Positions 9,235-18,647 of a DNA stretch of 64,000 bases are shown in pieces. Origin of the DNA: Spirochaetia bacterium. GTDB lineage: Bacteria > Spirochaetota > Spirochaetia > UBA9216. Where the stretch lies: NCBI GenBank assembly GCA_963675665.1, contig OY776510.1, positions 139,840-203,839 on the forward strand, written 5' to 3'. A program made the translations under genes and the position numbers. Numbering within the stretch: position 1 is the stretch's first letter; the number at the start of each line of letters is the position of its first letter. Below the pieces are notes generated by a model, which was not told the DNA's origin, searched no databases, and saw only the letters and a list, made by a program, of their open reading frames with translations.

Positions 9235-10444
9235 TCGCAGGCTCCCTGATTAAGAGATAGGCGAAGGCTGATAATGCAAGCAGCCCTCCCGATAACATCC
9301 ATGCCGCCGGAATATTTGCCTTAAGCGCAATCTGACCGGCAACAACAGCGCCCGCAGCACCTCCGGCCTGAAGGAAAAGGGAATTGAGCGACAGCAGGCT
9401 GGAACGTTTGTCCGACGGAATATTCCGGTTAAAAACAGTCATTTCCGGCGATTCTGTAATGCCGTGTGTAAAGAAAAGTATAAAGTATATGGGCGCAAAA
9501 CTGCCTGTTGTGGATGTAAAAGAAAGTAGAATATAAAATACTCCCATTAATAACCTGAAAGACACCATTACCGGCACATATCTGTTTCCGGTCAGCTTCA
9601 GGATTCTGGAAGAAATCGCATTGCCCGCCGCCGCCGAAACAAAATACCCGGCGGCAAGCAGACCAAGGATCCAGGTGCCGGTCTCCGGCGAAATATTTCT
9701 GACATGCGGTTGCCACAGCTGTTCAAGACCCGAAAGACCGATACCCAACGCGCCTGTTGCCATCAGAACTGCAAAAACATTGCGCTGCCGTATACCGAAT
9801 TTCATTGCGGAGCCGAGCACATGAGGGAAGTTCTGAAACCCGGCGGCAATGTTTTTTGAAAAGCCGTCCCTGCTTTCCTTTATGACGACCACCGTCAGAA
9901 AAATTTGAATAATATAAAGCAGAATAAGAACAACAATATTTGTACGAATGGTACCGGATATATCGGGAATAATACCGCCGGCCAAAGTCCCCGCCCCCAA
10001 GGCCGCAGGGATTACAACACCGGCCGCGGCAAGATCTTTCTGCAGTTGCCGGTCGTCGCCGCCCAGGCGCTTGTGTTCATCCACAAACCAGGCATCAATC
10101 GAACCGGACGACAGCGCGCGTCCGGTACCTGCAAGAATTACTGCAGCAAGCAGAATAATAAAAGTACCGGCGGCAAGTATCAGCGAATATCCGGCTATAT
10201 AAAAGACAACTGCAATGATATAAACCCGTTTTCTACCGAGAGTATCTGATAATCCTCCGGTAGGCAGTTCCAGCACCAGAACTGTAGTTCCCATCACTGC
10301 CATGGCGATTCCTACCTGCCCGATATTAAATCCCAAATCCATCAGAGCAAGAATCATCACGGGGATAACAATACCCATTGAAAACCAGTGCATCCCCTGG
10401 TTTATGCTGTAACGAATTAACAGTTCTTTATGCGAACGGACCAT
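9218..10444 (-). CDS. MFS transporter
   Basis: 408 aa with 12 predicted TM segments and an MFS signature-like GRKRVY motif after TM2. Confidence 0.7.
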   Translation of the reverse strand: MVRSHKELLIRYSINQGMHWFSMGIVIPVMILALMDLGFNIGQVGIAMAVMGTTVLVLELPTGGLSDTLGRKRVYIIAVVFYIAGYSLILAAGTFIILLAAVILAGTGRALSSGSIDAWFVDEHKRLGGDDRQLQKDLAAAGVVIPAALGAGTLAGGIIPDISGTIRTNIVVLILLYIIQIFLTVVVIKESRDGFSKNIAAGFQNFPHVLGSAMKFGIRQRNVFAVLMATGALGIGLSGLEQLWQPHVRNISPETGTWILGLLAAGYFVSAAAGNAISSRILKLTGNRYVPVMVSFRLLMGVFYILLSFTSTTGSFAPIYFILFFTHGITESPEMTVFNRNIPSDKRSSLLSLNSLFLQAGGAAGAVVAGQIALKANIPAAWMLSGGLLALSAFAYLLIREPANEDKI

Positions 10445-10477
10445 AAAAACCCCATTTCAGGATTAAAACAAAATACT

Positions 10478-10491
10478 TATCATGATAGATA
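10478..10491. promoter_or_regulatory. Perfect 10-bp palindrome TATCATGATA, candidate operator
   Basis: It lies about 35 nt upstream of the MFS/ArsR operon start and next to the -35 box of the divergent amidohydrolase promoter. A half-site (CTATCAT) repeats 20 nt away. Confidence 0.35.
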
Positions 10492-10539
10492 TTTATTATA
10501 TTAGACTATCATCTAATATAATATATTCAAACTTACCGT

Positions 10540-10567
10540 TTGTCAATTAAGTTATCTGCGCTATAAT
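10540..10567 (+). promoter_or_regulatory. Sigma70-like promoter for the adenosine-deaminase-like gene
   Basis: TTGTCA, a 16-nt spacer, then TATAAT. The GAGGT Shine-Dalgarno sits 5 nt before the ATG at 10584. Confidence 0.55.
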
Positions 10568-10583
10568 ATTTTATGAGGTCAGT

Positions 10584-11552
10584 ATGAAAAAAACAGAAAG
10601 CAGCAATTTTAAAACCTCTCTTGAAACAGGCAACAGGCTGTTAATGAAAAGCGTTCCCAGGGCGGACGTGCATAATCATGCGGGGCTGGGAGGCAGCTTT
10701 GAAGAATGGAGAAAAAAGGAAGGGCTGAATATTGAAGACAACTCCCACAACTTCCCCGATTTCACCGATTTCCAGAGGTTTGTAGACAAAATATACTTCT
10801 ACCCCAACAAGAATCCGACTAATGAACAAAACCGCGCAAGAATCCTCAGTCTTTATGAAGCAACTTATGATCTCGCCGTTTCCGACGGCGTAACCTATAT
10901 AGAGCCCGGAGTAGACGCATTAATTCTCGACTACTTTGAAGGCGATATTGAAAAAATGGTTTCGGCCCTGCAGAACCAGATATCCCGGTATTCAGGAAGA
11001 CTGATTATAAAACCGGACGTTGGAATGGTCAGGGTGTTCAGTCAGAAAGAAATAGAAAGGACTATCTACCCATGCATCGAATCCGGGTTTTTCAGTGCCC
11101 TGGACGTTTTTGCTGATGAGAGGCATGGTCCTCCCGAACAATTCAGGCAGATTTACCGTGATGCAAAAAAGGCCGGGATGAAACTGAAAGCCCATGCCGG
11201 AGAGCTTCTTGACGCCGACTTTGTTCGAAAAAGCGTTGAAATACTTGAACTGGACGAGGTCCAGCACGGCATAGCCGCGGCAACATCTTCTGAAGTGATG
11301 CGTTTTCTGGCGGACAACAGCATAAGGCTGAATATATGCCCGTCCAGCAATATTCAGCTATGCCAGGTAGAATCGTTTAAAACACACCCGATGCGGGTCC
11401 TGATGGATAACGGCGTGAAAGTCAGCCTGAATACCGATGACGCCATAATATTCGGGCAAAAATCTTCGGATGAGTTCTTTAACATGTATGAAACAGGACT
11501 CTACACGACTGAAGAACTTGACAAAGTGCGTTTAGACGGCTTCCCGGATTGA
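10584..11552 (+). CDS. Adenosine/adenine deaminase-family amidohydrolase
   Basis: It has DVHNHAG (HxH metal ligands), HAGE and SLNTDD motifs of the adenosine deaminase family. The product is 322 aa. Confidence 0.7.
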   Translation: MKKTESSNFKTSLETGNRLLMKSVPRADVHNHAGLGGSFEEWRKKEGLNIEDNSHNFPDFTDFQRFVDKIYFYPNKNPTNEQNRARILSLYEATYDLAVSDGVTYIEPGVDALILDYFEGDIEKMVSALQNQISRYSGRLIIKPDVGMVRVFSQKEIERTIYPCIESGFFSALDVFADERHGPPEQFRQIYRDAKKAGMKLKAHAGELLDADFVRKSVEILELDEVQHGIAAATSSEVMRFLADNSIRLNICPSSNIQLCQVESFKTHPMRVLMDNGVKVSLNTDDAIIFGQKSSDEFFNMYETGLYTTEELDKVRLDGFPD

Positions 11553-12232
11553 AAGTCTCACGGCTTCTGCAGCATGAAGCTCCATAGTGTTGAAAACAGG
11601 GATATCAACATCTTTCTGTTTTATCAGCAGCGGGATTTCCGTACAGCCCAGAACAACCCCTCGGCGCCGGCCTTTTCCAATTCGGAGATTATATTACGAA
11701 AAAGATCTCTTGACTTGTCCTTTAACTCGCCGAGGCAGAGTTCATTATATATCACGCTGTGAACAATATCCATCTCGCTGCTTTCAGGAATAATTACATC
11801 TATACCGTGCCGGTCTTTTAACCTTCCCCTGTAGAAATCCTGCTCCATGGTGAACCTGGTGCCGAGAAGCCCTACGGTATGAAATCCGCGACGTTTTATT
11901 TCTTCGGCTGCGGCATCGGCAATATGAAGCAAAGGTATACCAATGTTTTTCTGCACGTCATCAGCCATTTTATGCATCGTATTTGTACATATCATAAGCA
12001 TATCCGCACCCGCATTCTCCAGCATGATCGCAACCTCAGTCATCTGCCTGCTGAGTTCACCCCAGTCTTCTTTATGCTGGAGGGCTTCAATTTCTTCAAA
12101 ATCAACAGAATACATCAAAGTCTTTGCCGAATGAAGTCCGCCGAGCGCTGATTTGACCCCGGTATTCAGCAGCCGGTAGTATTCAAGAGAAGACTCCCAG
12201 CTCATTCCGCCTATCATTCCTATTGTTTTCAT
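11532..12232 (-). pseudogene. Asp/Glu/hydantoin-racemase-family amino-acid racemase (YgeA/RacX-like), interrupted by a -1 frameshift in a poly-G run
   Basis: The ORF 11624..12232 encodes MKTIGMIGGMSWESSLEYYR...AEG, then leaves the family pattern (LFWAVRKSRC*). Inserting one G into the cccc run at 11657..11660 (gggg on the coding strand) restores GVVLGCTEIPLLIKQKDVDIPVFNTMELHAAEAVRLSIREAV*, which matches the conserved C-terminus of E. coli YgeA (GVIFGCTEIGLL...LPVFDTAAIHAEDAV) as I recall it. The restored frame ends at 11532. Confidence 0.7.
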
Positions 12233-12409
12233 ATGCCCTCCTGATTCCGGTATCAGTACATCTTCTTACAATACAGTCCTTTTTTCAAGCAGAAATACCG
12301 GTTTTAAAGTGAGGCCTCCATATTGGACAGTAACATCTCTGCCGGCTACAGGGTTATATAACAGGAAATGTGTGCTTTTCCAATCGCAATGTGATAACAT
12401 TACGGCTGA

Positions 12410-13351
12410 ATGCAGAACAATGAATATTTCTCACAGTTATTATATCTTCTTGTCTATTCCAGCGCGCTTATCTGTGTCGCAGCAGTAGTCGTATTCAGGA
12501 CAAGACTGAAAACCGAACCAGGCGTGCATCTGAACAGGTTTATACTTTCGCTTGCATTCACCGGGTCACTGGTTTCAATTCAGGTCTTTCTGAATGCGGT
12601 AGGAATCCTTGACCGGTTGAACGAATCAAGCACTTCAAGACTAATTATAATAATGAATATGCTCATAATAGCTGCAATTTCTTTGATTGTTCATTCGGCC
12701 GTTTCAATTTCTCTGTTAACAAGGCCTTCCGGATTCAACCGCAGGATTATTTTTACCGTATCAGTCGTTATTACTGCAATGCTTATAAATACCGCCGCGC
12801 TTCAGATCCTGACTCTTGTTTCTCACTCAACTGCTGCCTCGGCACTTCTGGAGATAGTAATGTCGGCGGGGATCATCCTGTATGCCGCAGGCATAACCTT
12901 CTCGGCGATCCGGCTGTTTATACCTCTCAGGATGAAAGACGACCCCGTGATTCTACCGGCAATCAGACTGAATCTGCTGTTCATTTTGATTCTGCCGGCG
13001 TTTTATATAATTTCTGACAGTTTAATAGGCGCCCTCCTTGCGCCCGCGGGGTTTATCGCAATTAATATCCTCAGCCTCAGAATTCTGTACTTGAGATTAA
13101 ATACTCATCCGAAGGACCACGCAAAAAAGGATGAACCGGAAACAGCAGCAACCTGCAGGGAACTGGGCCTTTCGGGAAGGGAAACCGATGTTGCGCTTCT
13201 GCTTGCAGAGGGAAGATCGTATAAAGAGATCGCAGCCGACTTGTGTATATCAATGTCTACTACCCAGACGCATGTCGGCAGGATATATACGAAACTGGGA
13301 ATAAACAGTAAAACTGAACTGGCAAACCTTTTATTCTACAAAAAAACCTGA
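12410..13351 (+). CDS. Membrane-integral LuxR/GerE-family transcriptional regulator (about 7 TM + C-terminal HTH)
   Basis: The first roughly 240 aa are seven hydrophobic helices. The C-terminal 65 aa (LSGRETDVALLLAEGRSYKEIAADLCISMSTTQTHVGRIYTKLGINSKTELANL) are a canonical LuxR-type HTH. Confidence 0.7.
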   Translation: MQNNEYFSQLLYLLVYSSALICVAAVVVFRTRLKTEPGVHLNRFILSLAFTGSLVSIQVFLNAVGILDRLNESSTSRLIIIMNMLIIAAISLIVHSAVSISLLTRPSGFNRRIIFTVSVVITAMLINTAALQILTLVSHSTAASALLEIVMSAGIILYAAGITFSAIRLFIPLRMKDDPVILPAIRLNLLFILILPAFYIISDSLIGALLAPAGFIAINILSLRILYLRLNTHPKDHAKKDEPETAATCRELGLSGRETDVALLLAEGRSYKEIAADLCISMSTTQTHVGRIYTKLGINSKTELANLLFYKKT

Positions 13352-13442
13352 TTATACGACAAAAATCATACAAACATACGACTGTTTAGCAACCGATAAC
13401 AAGCCTATATTAAATGCAGACAACTGATAAGGAGTATTCAGA

Positions 13443-14582
13443 ATGAAAAAGATGATATTGATTTTACTTGCAGTTCTGCTTTCACCAACAGGAGTGTTTG
13501 CAGCCTCTTTCAATATCAATGAAAATAAAAATGAGGATCTGGCGGATATCAGAAAAATAGTTTTTGATTTGAAGTCGCCGAATTGTGCAATCTGCATAAG
13601 TACAGGCCGTCAGTCGTACAGCTTTACCGGCGGAGGCAGGCCGGGGATTCTTTCGCTTTCACTTGAAGGAGATTTAAAATCAAACAATAAAAAGGCCGTG
13701 CCCTCAATTATCACCAGCAGGGAAGGAGATATCCTCTATATAAGGCTTTTCGGCAACAACAATCTTTTCTTCGGCCTTGTTCAAAGCGGGTCTGTTCATA
13801 TGCACGCAGAATTTCCTGATTACTTTAACGGCGATATCACTATAAAAACCTCATCCGGGAATTCAACTGTTGCTGATCTGAATCTGAAGTCCTTTATGCT
13901 TGATTCCAGCTCCGGAGATAATGAACTCAGAGACATTGAGGCTGAAAAGATCGGAATCGAACTGAGCTCGGGAAATGTAACTGCTGAAAATCTTGCATCG
14001 GTCGGTGGAATCAGCATCAAATCATCTTCGGGAGACCTGAACCTCGATGAGCTGCTGTCGGAATCGGCGGAAATCAGGGCCAGCTCGGGACGAATTAATA
14101 TACAAAGACTCAGATGCACCGGCAATCTTGATATCCATGCAAGCTCCGGCAGAATTTCCGCCGGATATCTTGAAGGAGGCGCAGTAGCGGTAGATGCAAC
14201 CTCGGGCAGCATAACCATAAAAGAGCTGCAGGGCAAGAATGTACAGATAGAAGCCTCGTCGGGTGACATTACCCTGGGAGCCCTTGCTGCCGAATCATCC
14301 GCATTTGAAGCCTCGTCAGGAAACACGGTAATAGGTGTAGAACCTTTTAACGGTGATATTTCCGTAAAAAGCAGCTCAGGGGATGTAACTATTGAACTGC
14401 CGGCTGATGCTTCATTTACAGCAGACCTTAATGCTTCCTCAGGCAAAATAAGAAGCGATTTCCCTCTGCTTGCTGAAATAACCGGCGACAGAAAGAACGA
14501 AATAAAAGGCGAAGCCAACGGAGGCGGCTATTCAGTCAGAGTTAAAGCTTCAAGCGGAAACATAACTATCAAGGAAAGATAA
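13443..14582 (+). CDS. Secreted DUF4097 (LiaF-like) beta-helix repeat protein
   Basis: It has a signal peptide (MKKMILILLAVLLSPTGVFA). It then carries at least nine tandem repeats of about 20 aa built on (S/T)SG(D/N/R)(I/V)x(I/L) (SSGDLNL, SSGRINI, SSGRISA, TSGSITI, SSGDITL, SSGNTVI, SSGDVTI, SSGKIRS, SSGNITI), typical of DUF4097 putative adhesin domains. Confidence 0.7.
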   Translation: MKKMILILLAVLLSPTGVFAASFNINENKNEDLADIRKIVFDLKSPNCAICISTGRQSYSFTGGGRPGILSLSLEGDLKSNNKKAVPSIITSREGDILYIRLFGNNNLFFGLVQSGSVHMHAEFPDYFNGDITIKTSSGNSTVADLNLKSFMLDSSSGDNELRDIEAEKIGIELSSGNVTAENLASVGGISIKSSSGDLNLDELLSESAEIRASSGRINIQRLRCTGNLDIHASSGRISAGYLEGGAVAVDATSGSITIKELQGKNVQIEASSGDITLGALAAESSAFEASSGNTVIGVEPFNGDISVKSSSGDVTIELPADASFTADLNASSGKIRSDFPLLAEITGDRKNEIKGEANGGGYSVRVKASSGNITIKER

Positions 14583-14614
14583 AACCGGCTGAATTTTATC
14601 GGTAACAGTTTGTC

Positions 14615-14649
14615 CGGCAGCCGAAAAACGGCTGCCGTTATGTTTTTTT
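14615..14649 (+). terminator. Rho-independent terminator after the DUF4097 gene
   Basis: The hairpin cggcagccg-aaaaa-cggctgccg is followed by TTATGTTTTTTT. Confidence 0.7.
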
Positions 14650-14659
14650 GCCGTACGAA

Positions 14660-15544
14660 TTACACAGCTTTCCAGTACATCCTGTTGTCGCGGAATTTGT
14701 ATTCCGCCTTTCCGTTATTATAAAGATAAGATAAAAAAGATTTCACAGTGCTGCCGACAAGGACGTACTGCCCGTGATTCAGGGTTATTTTTCTTTCGTC
14801 ACAGAAAAACTTCAATAAATCTTCAAAAATAATTTCATCACAAATCAAACGCAGTATGTCGCGAACGGCTTCTGCAACCGTATTCAGATTAAGCGCGGCT
14901 ATTTTAGAAACATCATTTACCAAATCGCCGTGGCAGGGCACATAATAATCCGCTTTTACTGCCATAATCTTCTCTATGCTTCCGATAAAGGCTTCAACAT
15001 CGTAGATAAACGGAAGCCCGTATTTTTTTATTATATCCTCGCCGAAAAGACTGTCTCCCAGGAAAAACACGCCGTCGTCGGTAAGAATTCCGTACTGATT
15101 AAAAAAATGTCCCGGAAGCCCGATAAAATTCAATCCTTCAATCTTCGAATCTTCGGAGATAATCCGGTCAACATGAGAAGCTTTCGCTTCAAAAAACTTG
15201 GAACGCAGTTCCTTAAAAGGAAAGCCTCCCCATAAAAAACTCGGCTCAAGAAGCGGGGTTTCGGTAAATGAGGCTTCTGTTTGAGATGTCCAGATTTCAC
15301 ATCCGGCATTATTCTGAAGATAAGCATTGCCTCCGATATGGTCCGCATTTGAATGGGTATTTATTACAGCCTTGATCTTTCGGCCGCTCTCCCTGACTAC
15401 CTTGTACAGTTTTCGTCCGGCGTCCTTGTCGCCTCCGCTGTCTATCAGGTAAACTCCGTCGCTGCCTTCAATAATACCTATATTGACCGCTCCCCTTGAT
15501 ATGAACGTACTTCCTTTCAATTGCTCAAAAAACCCTTCTGACAT
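14660..15544 (-). CDS. MBL-fold metallo-hydrolase
   Basis: It has the HxHxDH motif (INTHSNADHIGG) and downstream His/Asp ligands. The product is 294 aa. Confidence 0.7.
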   Translation of the reverse strand: MSEGFFEQLKGSTFISRGAVNIGIIEGSDGVYLIDSGGDKDAGRKLYKVVRESGRKIKAVINTHSNADHIGGNAYLQNNAGCEIWTSQTEASFTETPLLEPSFLWGGFPFKELRSKFFEAKASHVDRIISEDSKIEGLNFIGLPGHFFNQYGILTDDGVFFLGDSLFGEDIIKKYGLPFIYDVEAFIGSIEKIMAVKADYYVPCHGDLVNDVSKIAALNLNTVAEAVRDILRLICDEIIFEDLLKFFCDERKITLNHGQYVLVGSTVKSFLSYLYNNGKAEYKFRDNRMYWKAV

Positions 15545-15660
15545 TATTCTGTTATTCTCCGTATTCTATTCCTCTTCCTTTTTTAGAATACCTTTTTTTT
15601 TAAAACTGCGCAATTTATTGATTTGACATCCGGTTGAAATAGATTATAGTTAATAAAAAG

Positions 15661-18630
15661 ATGAAAAACAGTATAACTAAAGTATCAAAAATACACCTTA
15701 GATTTCAGATAAGCCTGCTTTTTTTGATTCTGGTTATGCTGATCATTTTAACATTTTCAATTCTTTTCGCAGTACTGTCGGTCAATAAAAATATCAGCAG
15801 GCAAAGAGCTGAGCAGTTATTCAGCAAAACAGGGCAGTCAATAATACTAAAACTTGATTCACAGCTTGAAAAGGCTATTCAGTTTGCCGGCCTGATGACG
15901 CATCTGCAGCAGTTTTCAGCAGAAATTGAAAACAACGGCCAGTCCCATCCGGGACTTCCTTTCATGTTCGAGGCGCTTAAACACAACAGCTATTTTTATT
16001 CTGTTTATGCAGGCTTTGAAAACGGAGATTTTATCCAACTTATCAACACCTTGGGAAGCCCATTAATCATCAATGCCCACTCGGCCCCGGACGAGACCGC
16101 TTTTATCCTGAGAGCCATCAACAGCTCAGAAGGCAACCGCACGGAATACTGGACGTTTTTCGATTCCTCATATAGAACCCTGGGTTCGGCGATTAACAAC
16201 TCTCCTGATTATTTTCCTTCAGAGAGGCCATGGTATATATCAGCCGACCAAAACAGAGGAGAGGTAATTCTTACCGAACCCTATGTTTATAATTCGTTGA
16301 AGCAACCCGGAATAACAGCCGCCTCATCTGTTTCCGGACTCTCTGTCGCCGGAATTGATATTACCCTTTCAGGTCTGAATACGTTTCTCGACAGCATGTT
16401 TATTTCACCGGGCACCGGCATTATTGTTCTTACCGGCGAGAACAGGGTTCTGGCATCCAGTCGGCAAATGAGCGAAAAACTTGGAATATCGGGAACTGAA
16501 CTTTCAAAAACGGACCCGATTCAGCACGAGAGGAATCAAATGCTTTGGGAAAATCCATGGACCACTCCCGGCGGGCAGAATTACAGACTTGTCATTACAG
16601 CACCCGCATCGGACTTCCTTCAGCATCAGTATATAATTCAGAGACAAATAATATTGATTTCCATAATTATTTTTGTCCTTTTTCTTCCGGCAATAATAGT
16701 CTCAAGCAAATATCTGAGCCGTTTTCTGGAAAATCTTGCCGATGACGCTGAAAAAATTCAGAATCTGGTTTTCGACGAAAAGGATGAGGAACATTCATTT
16801 ATTATTGAGTTTGACAAGCTTGCAGAAGCCTTCAGGGTTATGAAAAAGGCAATTGCCGCCAAAACTAAAGCGCTTCAGGATGCGAAAACAAAGCTTGAGC
16901 GAATAATCAACCTCGGCATTGCCATGACAGTAGAGGAAGATACCGATAAGCTTATTGAGATGATTCTTACCGGAGCAAAAGAGATTTCTCATGCGGACGG
17001 AGGAAGCCTGTATCTGAAAGGTGATAAGGACGAACTTGATTTCAGGATTGTTTTTAACGACAGTCTTGGTTTTATCCAGGGAGGAACCAGTAAAAACCGG
17101 ATTACAATGCCGCCTGTATGTCTGTATGATGAAGACGGTACACCCAACTTTCATAATGTTGTTTCCTGTGCTTTTCATAAGGGAAAAACAATCGTAATAG
17201 AGGATGCTTACAAAGATCCCGACTTTGATTTTTCGGGAACAAGAAAATTCGACGAACTTAACAATTACCGATCAAAATCCTTTATCACAGTACCACTCAA
17301 GCTTGAAGGAAGCGAAATCCTCGGCGCGCTTCAGCTTATAAATTGTATGCCTGACAAAACCGGCGGAATTGTCCCTTTCAATAGTGAGATCCGCAGCTTT
17401 GTAGAAGCCCTGAGCGCGCTTGCTGCAGTTATTCTGTACAACAGAAGCCTGATGGAATCACAGGAAGCACTGTTTGAAGCCCTGATACGCCTGATTGCAA
17501 GCGCCATAGACACAAAAAGTCCGTACACGGGAGGCCACTGCGAACGTGTTCCAGTTCTGGCGACAATGCTTGCCGATGCGGCAGAAAAAGCAGAGACAGG
17601 GTCTCTCGGTAATTTTCGGTTTCAATCACAGGAAGACAGAAAAGCTTTTATTATCGGGGCATGGCTTCATGATGCCGGCAAAATGACAACTCCGGAATTT
17701 GTTGTCGATAAAGCTGTCAAACTTGAAACAATATACAACAGAATACATGAGATAAGAACAAGGTTTGAAATACTTCTGCGAGATGAACTTCTAAAACAGA
17801 AAGAAGCTCTTCTGGCCGGCAGGAACCCCGAAGCGGCAACAGCAGAACTTGAAGCTGCAGTTGCCAGGCTGCATGATGATTTTAATTTTATCGCCAGCTG
17901 CAATACCGGAGAAAATCCTGTAGCGGAAGAATGTGAAAAACGGATAACAGAATTAAGCCGTATAACATGGACAAGCCATTTTGATCATACAATCGGCTTG
18001 TCGCGGGAAGAAGCAGAAAAAACCGAAACACCGTTTGTAATGGGAAAAACAATTGAAGAACCTCTGATAGCGGACAAACCGGCACATATTATCGCAGACA
18101 GGGGGAAAACCAAAGCCCTGTATGAAAGTTACGGTTTTGCACTTCCAAAACCGTCATATCTTTACAACAGAGGTGAAATCCATAACCTGATGATATGGAA
18201 AGGAACACTCACTGATGAAGAACGCTTCAAGGTAAATGAACATATAATGCAGACCATAGTCATGCTGGATCAGCTCCCGTTTCCGAAAGGCCTTCACAAA
18301 ATTCCGGAATATGTAGGAACACATCATGAAACATTATCGGGTAAAGGTTATCCGCGGGGCCTGGATGCTTCAAAACTTTCCATACCGTCAAGGATAATGG
18401 CAATTGCAGATATTTTTGAAGCCTTGACTGCCGCTGATCGGCCGTATAAAAATGCTTATAAATTGTCAAAAGCAATCGCGATACTGCATGAACTTGCAGT
18501 TTCAAGGCATATTGATTCTGATCTTTTCGAACTGTTTCTGACGTCAGGTATTTACCGGAAATATGCGGAACAGTACCTGCCTCCTGAAATGATTGATGAA
18601 GTAGATATAAATAAATATCTGGGTCAATAA
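15661..18630 (+). CDS. Membrane sensor HD-GYP c-di-GMP phosphodiesterase (periplasmic Cache-like domain - TM - HAMP - GAF - HD-GYP)
   Basis: Two TM segments flank a roughly 280-aa extracytoplasmic region. A HAMP-like linker and a GAF-like region follow. The C-terminus has HD (WLHDAGK) and HHETLSGKGYPRGL, the HD-GYP hallmark. Confidence 0.75.
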   Translation: MKNSITKVSKIHLRFQISLLFLILVMLIILTFSILFAVLSVNKNISRQRAEQLFSKTGQSIILKLDSQLEKAIQFAGLMTHLQQFSAEIENNGQSHPGLPFMFEALKHNSYFYSVYAGFENGDFIQLINTLGSPLIINAHSAPDETAFILRAINSSEGNRTEYWTFFDSSYRTLGSAINNSPDYFPSERPWYISADQNRGEVILTEPYVYNSLKQPGITAASSVSGLSVAGIDITLSGLNTFLDSMFISPGTGIIVLTGENRVLASSRQMSEKLGISGTELSKTDPIQHERNQMLWENPWTTPGGQNYRLVITAPASDFLQHQYIIQRQIILISIIIFVLFLPAIIVSSKYLSRFLENLADDAEKIQNLVFDEKDEEHSFIIEFDKLAEAFRVMKKAIAAKTKALQDAKTKLERIINLGIAMTVEEDTDKLIEMILTGAKEISHADGGSLYLKGDKDELDFRIVFNDSLGFIQGGTSKNRITMPPVCLYDEDGTPNFHNVVSCAFHKGKTIVIEDAYKDPDFDFSGTRKFDELNNYRSKSFITVPLKLEGSEILGALQLINCMPDKTGGIVPFNSEIRSFVEALSALAAVILYNRSLMESQEALFEALIRLIASAIDTKSPYTGGHCERVPVLATMLADAAEKAETGSLGNFRFQSQEDRKAFIIGAWLHDAGKMTTPEFVVDKAVKLETIYNRIHEIRTRFEILLRDELLKQKEALLAGRNPEAATAELEAAVARLHDDFNFIASCNTGENPVAEECEKRITELSRITWTSHFDHTIGLSREEAEKTETPFVMGKTIEEPLIADKPAHIIADRGKTKALYESYGFALPKPSYLYNRGEIHNLMIWKGTLTDEERFKVNEHIMQTIVMLDQLPFPKGLHKIPEYVGTHHETLSGKGYPRGLDASKLSIPSRIMAIADIFEALTAADRPYKNAYKLSKAIAILHELAVSRHIDSDLFELFLTSGIYRKYAEQYLPPEMIDEVDINKYLGQ

Positions 18631-18647
18631 ATCAGGATCGTCTGAAC

